This document shows, one piece after another, positions 17,874-27,348 of a DNA stretch of 64,000 nucleotides. The notes under the pieces are model-generated. The model saw nothing but the letters and a program-made list of their open reading frames with translations. It was not told the DNA's origin and did no database searches. Location: positions 1 to 64,000 of the forward strand of contig JBDHKN010000012.1 in NCBI GenBank assembly GCA_039586365.1, written 5' to 3'. Position numbers and translations under genes: made by a program. Source of the DNA: Gemmatimonadota bacterium. GTDB taxonomy: Bacteria; Gemmatimonadota; Gemmatimonadetes; Gemmatimonadales; GWC2-71-9. Position 1 is the first letter of the stretch, and each line of letters starts with the position of its first letter.

Positions 17874-19121
17874 GTGCGTGCAACTATCGGACTGCCGTCA
17901 ATGCACGAGCAGTGGACTGAAGCGGCGCGGCTCGAGCGGCTGCGGATCTTGCGGGAAGAAACGCATGTGACGCTGGCTCAGCTTGCGGCACCACTCGCCG
18001 ACCCTGAGCAACTTCGTGGACAGATCGAGAATTTCGTCGGCGTGGTTCGTATACCCGTAGGCGTGGCTGGACCACTAGTGGTGCGGGGGGAGGGGGCGAC
18101 CGGATCATTCTACGTTCCGCTAGCAACCACCGAAGGGACCCTCGTCCTGGCTGTCACTCGGGGTGCCACAGCGATCAGTGATTCTGGAGGCGCCGCGGTC
18201 TGGGCTGCAGATCCGCACGTCACGCGCGCGCCGCTGTTCGTGTTCCCGAGCCATGAGGATGCCAGAGAGGCCGGCCGTTGGACGAAACTGAACGTAGCAC
18301 GAATCCGCGACCAAGCTGAGGCAACCACCCGCCACGGCAAGCTCGTCTCTGTCGAGCCGGTGCTCTACGGTCGCCGACTAGTACTCGAGTTCACGTACTC
18401 TACCGGCGACGCGGCCGGACAGAACATGGTCACGTTTGCCACTGACGCCGCCTGCCGCTGGCTCAGACAACGTGTTCCATTCAGCGGGGCGGAGTTTTTC
18501 ACTCTCGAGTCCAATCTTTCGCACGACAAGAAGATCGCAGCACTGAGCCAGTCGCGGCAGCGCGGACGACAAGTGGACGCAGACATCACCATACCGCGTT
18601 CTGTGGTGACGGCCGTGCTCAAGGCTGAACCGGAGGCAATGGCGAGAGTAGCTCGGGAAGGCGCGTACGCGTGTGTTGTATCCGGAGCCGTCGGTGCACA
18701 GGCGCAGTTCGCGAACATTCTGGCGGCTCTGTTCGTCGCCACCGGCCAAGACGTCGCTTCCGTAGTGGAGTGCGGGACCGGCCTCACTGTGATGGAGGTG
18801 ACGTCCGGAGGGGATCTCTACGCAAGTGTCACGATTCCCAACCTCATCATCGGATCAGTTGGCGGGGGAACGCGCCTTCCCAGCCAGCGCGACTGCCTCG
18901 ATCTGGTCGGCTGTTCTGGGCGGGATTGCGCGCGGAAGCTAGCAGAGATCGCAGGCGCTGCAGTGCTCGCCGGTGAGTTGGCGCTAGTGGCCTCGCTGGC
19001 CTCCGACAACTTCGCTCAGGCCCACAGTGTGTTCGGTAGGCCGCAGAAGATGGACGGACCAGGACTAGGTAAATTGGATTCCACTGGGCGTCACGCGAGA
19101 AGGCTGACCGTGGTCAGCTGA
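17874..19121 (+). CDS. Class I HMG-CoA reductase-like protein
   Basis: GTG after GAGGAGG; IENFVG, PLATTEG, TGDAAGQNM, SNLSHDKK, ATGQD, VGGGT, C-terminal AQAH. Confidence 0.88.
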   Translation: MRATIGLPSMHEQWTEAARLERLRILREETHVTLAQLAAPLADPEQLRGQIENFVGVVRIPVGVAGPLVVRGEGATGSFYVPLATTEGTLVLAVTRGATAISDSGGAAVWAADPHVTRAPLFVFPSHEDAREAGRWTKLNVARIRDQAEATTRHGKLVSVEPVLYGRRLVLEFTYSTGDAAGQNMVTFATDAACRWLRQRVPFSGAEFFTLESNLSHDKKIAALSQSRQRGRQVDADITIPRSVVTAVLKAEPEAMARVAREGAYACVVSGAVGAQAQFANILAALFVATGQDVASVVECGTGLTVMEVTSGGDLYASVTIPNLIIGSVGGGTRLPSQRDCLDLVGCSGRDCARKLAEIAGAAVLAGELALVASLASDNFAQAHSVFGRPQKMDGPGLGKLDSTGRHARRLTVVS

Positions 19122-19246
19122 GCGACGTTGCATATGCTCCCTTAGGCCGGGGGGCCTGACACATTTTGCACGCCGCTGCCCTTGAGGCCACAGGAGCTGA
19201 CCCCGGGTGCTCCCCAGGGCCTGGGGGTCCCTCTTGGCAGCACACG

Positions 19247-19277
19247 AAAAAAGGAGGCGGCTGACCTAGCCGCCTCC
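19247..19277 (-). terminator. Intrinsic terminator of the repeat lipoprotein gene
   Basis: GGAGGCGGCT-gacct-AGCCGCCTCC with A6 on its left (U-tract on the minus strand). Confidence 0.85.
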
Positions 19278-19305
19278 CTGTAGTGCGATAAGACTCCGCC
19301 GGTCG

Positions 19306-21330
19306 TTACAATCGGAAGACCACCGCAATAGCGATGAGTACCAGCGGTTCAGATGTCTCGAGCAGTCCCATTCCGGCGGCAGTGACCCTGCCGGGGGCCG
19401 CCACCACATCCGCCACTGACTCGAACGTGCCGAGTGTCTCACCGCCTGATTCGTGAGCGATCATGGTGCCCTCGACGATGCGGATGGTGGTGCCATCCTC
19501 GAGTGTGAACGAACGGGCCTCGCGGTTGACCGATGCGATGACGCCCTCGAAGTGCTGAATGCCGGGGGGCACCACCATGAATGCGACCCTACGGGCCAAC
19601 AGGGTAAATGGATCGGTGCCCTCCACAACACCCACACCTGCGGCAAGCACGGTCTGATGGTCTTCCAGCGCCTCGGCTACGGCACCCAGGGTGCGGAGTG
19701 CTTGCAGGTCGCCCTCAGCGAACCACACGACCGTCTCTTCACCGAGGCGAACGACGGTGCCGTTCTCGAGAGTGAACGTGTGTGCCACGACGTCCACCGA
19801 GTCTACGATTCCGTGGAACGCCGTCAAATCGGGCGGCTCGAGGAAGAAAACGATCTTCCTGGCAACTATCGTGAAAGCCTCAGCCGGCGCCACCTCGCCG
19901 ACCCCGGCGGCAAGGACCGTCTCGCCGGCAGCGACCGCCTGCGCCACTTCCTCAAGTGACCCGAGTCGCTCCGTGTCGCCCAGCTCGAACCAGATATCGG
20001 TTTCCGCCGTTACCCGCACGTTGGGGCCCTCGACCAGCGCCACTATGCTGTCTGTGAGATCAACCTCCCGCACCACGCCGCGGAACTCCTCCATCGGCGG
20101 TCGGCGGAGCACGAACGCGATCTTGCGCGCCACGATTACGAGCGACTCGTTCTCCTCGACAACGCCCACACCCGCCGCCACGACGGTTTGTCCTTCGTCG
20201 AGCGCCCGGGCGACCTCTTCGAGCGAACCCAGAAGGTTAGCTGCGTCGGCCTCACACCCAATGGTTGTCTCTGCGGTGATACGGATAGTGATTCCTTCTC
20301 CCAACGTTACTGTACTGTCGACGAGATCGACCGACTTGATGACACCTTCGAAGTCCTCCAAGGGAAGTGGTGCCACTTCGAACACCACCGCGATCGCCAC
20401 CAGCCGGAGCGGCTCAGTACCCTCTACCACACCAGCGCCGGCAGCAAACACGGTGTGCCCAGCGTTGATTGCCCGTGCCACCTCTTCGAGCGAACCAAGC
20501 CGGTGCTCGTCACCTACCTCGTACTTGATCTCAGTTTCCAGCACCAGTCGCACGACTGTGCCGTTGCGCAGCGTGAAGCTGTGACGGTCGATATTCACTG
20601 ACTCAATCACGCCTTCGAAGCGCTCGACAGCGACTTCGTCGCGTTCTTTCCTGATGTGGGTGATGCCTTCGGACACGCGGAGCTCGATACGAAGGCCGAG
20701 GACGGCGAGCCAGCCGTCAGGCGGCGGGACGTCGTTACGAATCAGATTGTCGTCATCGATGTTCAGCGCGATGATCCTTCCTTCACCTTCGCCACCCAGC
20801 TTGAGCCGGGACGCCACGAACTCGGTTTCATCCGGCGCCTGCGGACCATCAGGTGGGTTCCTCAAGGCCACGACAGCCGGGTAATGCTGTTCGGCCAGGG
20901 CCGCGGTCACGCGCGCGATGAAGGTGTCCAGCTCTAGCTCGCCGTCGGTGCCCTGGGCGGTGATGCCCGTTTCGCGGTTGAACGCGATCCGTAGGTCTCC
21001 GATGTCGAGCTTGAGGATGCCCCCGCCGTCACTGGGCTCGAACCCGGTGATGTGGCCGTGAATGCGCTCAGCGGTGCCCAGCACTTCGCCAGACTTGATC
21101 GCGACTTCACGCGCGACCAAGCCGTCGCCGAGCAACATGACCTCGACACGAGAGGCGGTCGCTGCGACCTCACTCTGGAAACTGAGCAGTGTGATGTCGT
21201 CGGCGAATTCAGGCAGTACGCCGATGTCGCCGGGCGCGGCACCCGGGATATCCGTGCAGGCCGTGAGGCCTGACAGCATCCCGAGTAGGGTCAGCCAGCG
21301 AACGGGGTTCCTGACGAGTGTACCGATCAT
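19306..21330 (-). CDS. Lipoprotein with tandem DUF5666-like (OB-fold-like) repeats
   Basis: Lipobox GLTAC; five F[ERH]G[VI]xxSV...FTL.xG..[VI]R...ET repeats. Confidence 0.8.
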   Translation of the reverse strand: MIGTLVRNPVRWLTLLGMLSGLTACTDIPGAAPGDIGVLPEFADDITLLSFQSEVAATASRVEVMLLGDGLVAREVAIKSGEVLGTAERIHGHITGFEPSDGGGILKLDIGDLRIAFNRETGITAQGTDGELELDTFIARVTAALAEQHYPAVVALRNPPDGPQAPDETEFVASRLKLGGEGEGRIIALNIDDDNLIRNDVPPPDGWLAVLGLRIELRVSEGITHIRKERDEVAVERFEGVIESVNIDRHSFTLRNGTVVRLVLETEIKYEVGDEHRLGSLEEVARAINAGHTVFAAGAGVVEGTEPLRLVAIAVVFEVAPLPLEDFEGVIKSVDLVDSTVTLGEGITIRITAETTIGCEADAANLLGSLEEVARALDEGQTVVAAGVGVVEENESLVIVARKIAFVLRRPPMEEFRGVVREVDLTDSIVALVEGPNVRVTAETDIWFELGDTERLGSLEEVAQAVAAGETVLAAGVGEVAPAEAFTIVARKIVFFLEPPDLTAFHGIVDSVDVVAHTFTLENGTVVRLGEETVVWFAEGDLQALRTLGAVAEALEDHQTVLAAGVGVVEGTDPFTLLARRVAFMVVPPGIQHFEGVIASVNREARSFTLEDGTTIRIVEGTMIAHESGGETLGTFESVADVVAAPGRVTAAGMGLLETSEPLVLIAIAVVFRL
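19309..20619 (-). repeat. Five intragenic tandem repeats, 267-bp (89-aa) period
   Basis: Repeat-initial Phe codons begin (minus strand) at 20619, 20352, 20085, 19818 and 19551. Confidence 0.85.
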
Positions 21331-21683
21331 GATGCCCTTCCTTACGCCCTAAATGCGAGTACGGGTCAGCCGATAGATGCGGCGGCCAACCAGCACGGCT
21401 TGGGCGCGATGGAGTGAAGAGTCCAACGGACAGGGCAAACATGCACTTTGGCGGTGTTGTTCTGCGATGACGCACTCAACGTCCCGAGCGTGACTTTGGT
21501 CACGTCGGCCGGGTGACCAACGGGCAGAACTTCTCTGCTGCAACCCTCGTAGGGTAAAGAGCATCATAAGTATTGGTCAACAGCTGGGTTGTCTGATACC
21601 AGTTTGTGACGAACCCCGGATGTTGGACCGGGGTATACGACTGATAACTGTTTGCTTGGTAGACACTTGCCTGTGCAGGGGGC

Positions 21684-21699
21684 GGGCACGGCCTGTGCA
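21684..21699 (+). promoter_or_regulatory. sigma54-type -24/-12 promoter candidate
   Basis: GGGCACGGCCTGTGCA (GG-N10-GC), 40 nt upstream of the kinase ATG. Confidence 0.55.
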
Positions 21700-21739
21700 T
21701 TTAAGCTCTTTGGGCCTCAGACACACCGATGGGAAGCGC

Positions 21740-22687
21740 ATGATCAGCCAACCACAAGCAGAGTTGAGACGGCAGATCGAGCGGGAGGCGGCGACATCCG
21801 CCGTGGCTTCGCGTTTTTTGGCGAAACTCGCGGACCGCTACATAGTGGACCGGCAGTTTGGCCGCGGTGGAATGGGACTGGTGTATCTAGCCCGAGATGC
21901 CAAGCTGGGTCGTCAGGTAGCTATCAAGGTGCTGCGCCCGGACATAGCGAACCGGATCAACAACGACAGATTCTGGAGCGAGATCCGGTTGACCGCGGCG
22001 CTGGAGCATCCCCACATAGTACCGGTGCTCGACACCGGGTGCCTTGACGGTGTTTACTACTGCATCACACCCTATCTGGCCGAAGGGTCGCTACGCAAAC
22101 CCCTGCTCGAGAGCAGTGGGTTTGCTCCTGAGCGGGCCACCAGCATAGCGCTGGACGTGCTTGAGGCCTTGGAATACGCGCATGAGCGCAAGGTAGTCCA
22201 CTGCGATATCAAGCCGGAGAATATCCTGCTCTCCAACGGGCACGCGATTCTCACCGACTTCGGAGTCGCGCGTTCTATGAAACGCCTGTCGGGCAAAGCA
22301 TATGACGAATCGTGGGGCAGCCCCGAGTACGTCAGCCCAGAGCAAGCCAGCGGTGAGGAGCGGCTGGACGGCCGCAGCGATCTCTACAGCCTCGTTTGCG
22401 TGTTCTACGAGATGCTTGCTGGCTCCTCACTGTTTCAGGGGTCGACGACGCGTGCTATTGTGGCTCAGCGGTTCGCCGATCCCGCTGTCCGACTGCGGCA
22501 GGCACCGTCATCGGTTCCCCAGGAGATGGTACAGACGCTGCAGCAAGCACTCGCGGTCGATCCAGCGGAGAGATTCCAAACGGCTGCCGCGCTCGCGGCC
22601 GAGCTGGCAGCAGTGCTACCGCAGGATTCTCCAGTCGTGCGCTCAGGCGCAGGAGTACGCGACTGGTGGCGCAAAAACGGTTCGTGA
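21740..22687 (+). CDS. Hanks-type Ser/Thr protein kinase (kinase domain only)
   Basis: GRGGMGLVY, VAIKVL, HCDIKPEN, DFG, GSPEYVSPEQ, SDLYSL. Confidence 0.92.
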   Translation: MISQPQAELRRQIEREAATSAVASRFLAKLADRYIVDRQFGRGGMGLVYLARDAKLGRQVAIKVLRPDIANRINNDRFWSEIRLTAALEHPHIVPVLDTGCLDGVYYCITPYLAEGSLRKPLLESSGFAPERATSIALDVLEALEYAHERKVVHCDIKPENILLSNGHAILTDFGVARSMKRLSGKAYDESWGSPEYVSPEQASGEERLDGRSDLYSLVCVFYEMLAGSSLFQGSTTRAIVAQRFADPAVRLRQAPSSVPQEMVQTLQQALAVDPAERFQTAAALAAELAAVLPQDSPVVRSGAGVRDWWRKNGS

Positions 22688-22704
22688 GAACCTGAGCCGG
22701 TCAC

Positions 22705-23934
22705 TCACCTACGCACCACGTAAGATTCCGCGAATGCGGAGTCGGCGGCGACCAGCCTTGCCAAAGCCGCCTCGGCCAACTGTCGGCTGGTGAAGCTCCC
22801 GGCCACAATCACCCTCATCATGTAGTCTGAGCTACGAATCCGCGGGGCAAACGTGGCTCGGCCCTGAAACCGCTGATTGAGCACATCCTTGAAGCCTTCG
22901 GCGCGTGCCAGATCGGCGAAACTCCCCATCGAGATGTGGAACTCGTTGTTGTCGCTGAACACGTAAACCTGGTCCCGCATGCGGAACTCGCGGTTGATGC
23001 TATCGGCCAACGCTGCGGCCTCGTCTTGAGTTGCGAACGCGGTCTCGGAATAGACTTCAACGGTTTCCTGTGTCGCCGACCTCTCGTCCAACTGCATTGC
23101 GAGATTCTGCTGGCTCAGTTTCTCCTGGAACTCGCTCACGCATGCAGGTAGGAAACACATGGCCACCTGGATGGCGAATTCGCCGTCGGGTTCCACCGGA
23201 ACCTGCGCCGGAACCTCCTCTGGGGTCTGCACCACCGGCGCGGGCTGCGCCGCCTCCAACTGTACGGGACGCAGCGAAGCGGGCTCCTCATGGGGGAAGA
23301 AATAGCTATAGAGGGCGTGAGCGGCAGCGCCGAGAATTCCCACCAACACTAGTGGCCGGAGCAGTGTTTCGAAGAACCAGATGAACCCCCTCCGCTGCTC
23401 GGGTTTCGTCGGCTTGGCTGGGTGGGACCTTGCCAGCGGTGCCGCGGTTCTGTCGGTTGCTCCGCTTGGTTTTCGGCGAGGACCCGCGAGTCCCAGCAGG
23501 TTTGTGAAGGCCGTTCTGGCACGAGTCCCTGCCCGGCCCAGCTTCCCCACCTTGCTGGGTCGGGGCGCAGTGCGGGGTGGCGCAGATGCCTGGTCGCCTC
23601 CGGCTCGCTCTCCCTTGGAAGCCTGGGGCCGGAACAACGTCGTGAAGGGCCCATCCTTGAGCTGGGCCTTATTGGGTTTCGCCGTATGGGCTGGTTCGGG
23701 GGTGGCAACTGGCTCCGCAGCTTCTTGGCCGGGTCTGCCTTCGTTCCCCTTGGACGCCCGGCCCTGCACCGGCGAAGTGAACAACCCGTCATTGACCTCG
23801 GGCTTGTCGGGTTCCGTTGCCCGGCTGGGTTCGGGTGCGGCGGTCGGCGGCACAGCTTCATCGTCACCGCTGACTTGCTCCTCAAACAGCGCCCTGAGCC
23901 TCGCCTCGAAACCGTCCAACTCGTCTTTCGCCAT
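22705..23934 (-). CDS. Bitopic membrane protein with C-terminal SPOR domains
   Basis: Pro/Ala/Lys-rich N-terminus, TM LVLVGILGAAAHALYSYFF, then FAIQVA, ISMGSFADLARAE, VAGSFTSRQLAE...SYVVRR. Confidence 0.75.
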   Translation of the reverse strand: MAKDELDGFEARLRALFEEQVSGDDEAVPPTAAPEPSRATEPDKPEVNDGLFTSPVQGRASKGNEGRPGQEAAEPVATPEPAHTAKPNKAQLKDGPFTTLFRPQASKGERAGGDQASAPPRTAPRPSKVGKLGRAGTRARTAFTNLLGLAGPRRKPSGATDRTAAPLARSHPAKPTKPEQRRGFIWFFETLLRPLVLVGILGAAAHALYSYFFPHEEPASLRPVQLEAAQPAPVVQTPEEVPAQVPVEPDGEFAIQVAMCFLPACVSEFQEKLSQQNLAMQLDERSATQETVEVYSETAFATQDEAAALADSINREFRMRDQVYVFSDNNEFHISMGSFADLARAEGFKDVLNQRFQGRATFAPRIRSSDYMMRVIVAGSFTSRQLAEAALARLVAADSAFAESYVVRR

Positions 23935-24220
23935 CTTTCCCCTCATCGGACTAGCCAATTGTTACAGCGGCGACTGTGGCCTTGTCAATTGTCAAGTACG
24001 TCTGGGACCCGTGACTTTTCTGTCGAGGCAAGACGCATCACGGTTGGTGTGCGCACGTCGCGGTGTGCGTGTTCGCGCTGGAGACGGCAGCATGGCAGCG
24101 ATGCCGGCGCCCCGCTGGGTGCCGCCGGAGAGGAAAGGGAGGAAAGGAAGGTGGGTCCTCTGTGTCCGAGCGAACCACGACTGGTGTGAGTGTCCAGCCC
24201 GATATGGTGCAGGAACGGGG

Positions 24221-25405
24221 TCACGCGTTCCCTCGATTGAAGTGACGCTTGATGCGGTGGCGCAGCGGATGTCGCCGCAATCTGTCCCTCAGCCGGTCGG
24301 AGCAGTATGCCGTGGTTCCGAGCAGCGTCCCCTTCCAATACACGGTGGAATCCCAGTAACTGCGCCAGGCCATGCCCCAGTTGCGATACCAGTGCTGGTC
24401 GGTCATGAGATCGATCTCATCAATGGTCTGTTCGGTGGAAAGCTGACGCACGACGTGCTCAAGGAGCAGACTGCCTGGCGAGCAGTTCGAGAAGGCGGCG
24501 TCATATCCCAGCTTCCATACGAACAGCGAACGGCGCAACCGGATGCAGAGATTCGCAGCGAGGTCCTGCCCGTCGGCTTCTAGGACGTGCCATTCCAACC
24601 ACCCGGCACGATTGAGGTGCCGAACCACGTCAGCATAGAAATCGAGCAGCACTGGGGAACATTGGATTGCGGTTTCGGCGCCTCCCTTCCAGCTGGCGGC
24701 CTCCACGGTTGTGAATCGGCTCAACAAGTCGGGCTCGGCGTCGCTGCCCGAAAGGATCGACATTCGAACGTCCTGGAAGCCGCGAAGCTTGTTGGCGGCC
24801 TTGTTCAGGTTGTTGCGGAAGTTTCGGCTCAATGACCGGCGATACTCTGCGAAGTCCGCCGGAATGGGCAAAAAAGCGCCCTGGCCTGCCGGCTGGGAGG
24901 AACGGAACAGACCGGGGGTCGTCAGTGACAGGGTCGGCGAGTCCTCACGAATCCGCTGAAATGCCAGTGCAGTGGGTCGGCCGGCTCGGGCACGAGCTGC
25001 GGCGAGGAGAGCTCGAAACACTTCCGGTGCCACTTCCGGCGCCAACACGGCATCCACGCTGATCGTGTGTGGATTGTTCGGAAGCTGTACAAACTGGCCG
25101 GAGGACCACCTGCTGCGTTGGTGCCTCACCAGAGGGAGTACACCGACCAGGAGGTCGCCCTGGACCGCCATCAGGCACACCCAAGTGGTCGGGGGCTTGG
25201 CGAAATGGCAAAAATACGAGGAGAGCCAAGGGAACGAGGACATTGGAGTTGCCGTTGCACAACGCGACACGAGGTCATTCCACTGCAGCTCGAACTTGGC
25301 GAGTTCAGCCAAATCATCGACAGCGAGCACCCGAATTGTGGCAGTCTTCCGCTGCTGTAGCTCCATGGCATACATGTGGTTACGGTCTTGCTCTGGGCCT
25401 GACAA
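24221..25405 (-). CDS. GNAT family acyltransferase, CelD/BcsL-like
   Basis: WNDL...PW, LVGVLPL, LSRNFRNNL, EAASWKG, GYDAAFSNCSPGSLLL; TTG start after AGGAGG. Confidence 0.85.
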   Translation of the reverse strand: MSGPEQDRNHMYAMELQQRKTATIRVLAVDDLAELAKFELQWNDLVSRCATATPMSSFPWLSSYFCHFAKPPTTWVCLMAVQGDLLVGVLPLVRHQRSRWSSGQFVQLPNNPHTISVDAVLAPEVAPEVFRALLAAARARAGRPTALAFQRIREDSPTLSLTTPGLFRSSQPAGQGAFLPIPADFAEYRRSLSRNFRNNLNKAANKLRGFQDVRMSILSGSDAEPDLLSRFTTVEAASWKGGAETAIQCSPVLLDFYADVVRHLNRAGWLEWHVLEADGQDLAANLCIRLRRSLFVWKLGYDAAFSNCSPGSLLLEHVVRQLSTEQTIDEIDLMTDQHWYRNWGMAWRSYWDSTVYWKGTLLGTTAYCSDRLRDRLRRHPLRHRIKRHFNRGNA

Positions 25406-25838
25406 CAGACCTCCTAATTGCCCCTCGGCGTTTGGGTCCAGCGGTGATGTGGCGGTTATCCAGCCTTACTGAGCAGATTGTGGGCCATGCGGCAGCCGGC
25501 CGCGGCGCCGAGCGGCCGGGCGGAGTTGGCGCATCTGACGACGCGCTTGTTGGACAGCGGCGAGCCCTCGCGGCCGTCCCAGTCACGCCGCATCTTTCCC
25601 TGGTCACGATATCTCGACGGAACTCGCGATTCCGCTCCACCCAGAACGCCAGCTGACGACACGCCTGGGACCGCGCCGGAATTGCGGCCCCCAGTCCGGA
25701 GACGGCGAGTCATTGCTAGTGCCGAGGGAGACCAAGTGTAGACCCAATCCGTGGCTGAAATGTGGCGCGACGTAGGGCTGAGGTCTATCTCGGGCACGAC
25801 GCCAAGAGCAATCCCACACCGAAACAGGAGTTGGCTTG

Positions 25839-27347
<1,509 letters not shown>

Positions 27348-27348
27348 G

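Noticed and set aside
17874..19121. Evidence for a full mevalonate pathway or archaeal isoprenoid lipids
   Set aside because: No HMG-CoA synthase, mevalonate kinases, IDI, GGPP or GGGP synthase in the window; cannot be claimed from this sequence.
19309..20619. Possible CRISPR or non-coding repeat array
   Set aside because: Repeats are diverged, in frame and protein-coding, with no identical short repeats or spacers.
23381..24583. 400-aa plus-strand ORF and similar long antisense ORFs (19691-20584, 25857-26735, 48335-49390, 50817-51734)
   Set aside because: They shadow well-supported genes on the opposite strand or in another frame, have low-complexity composition and no motifs, as expected in GC-rich DNA.
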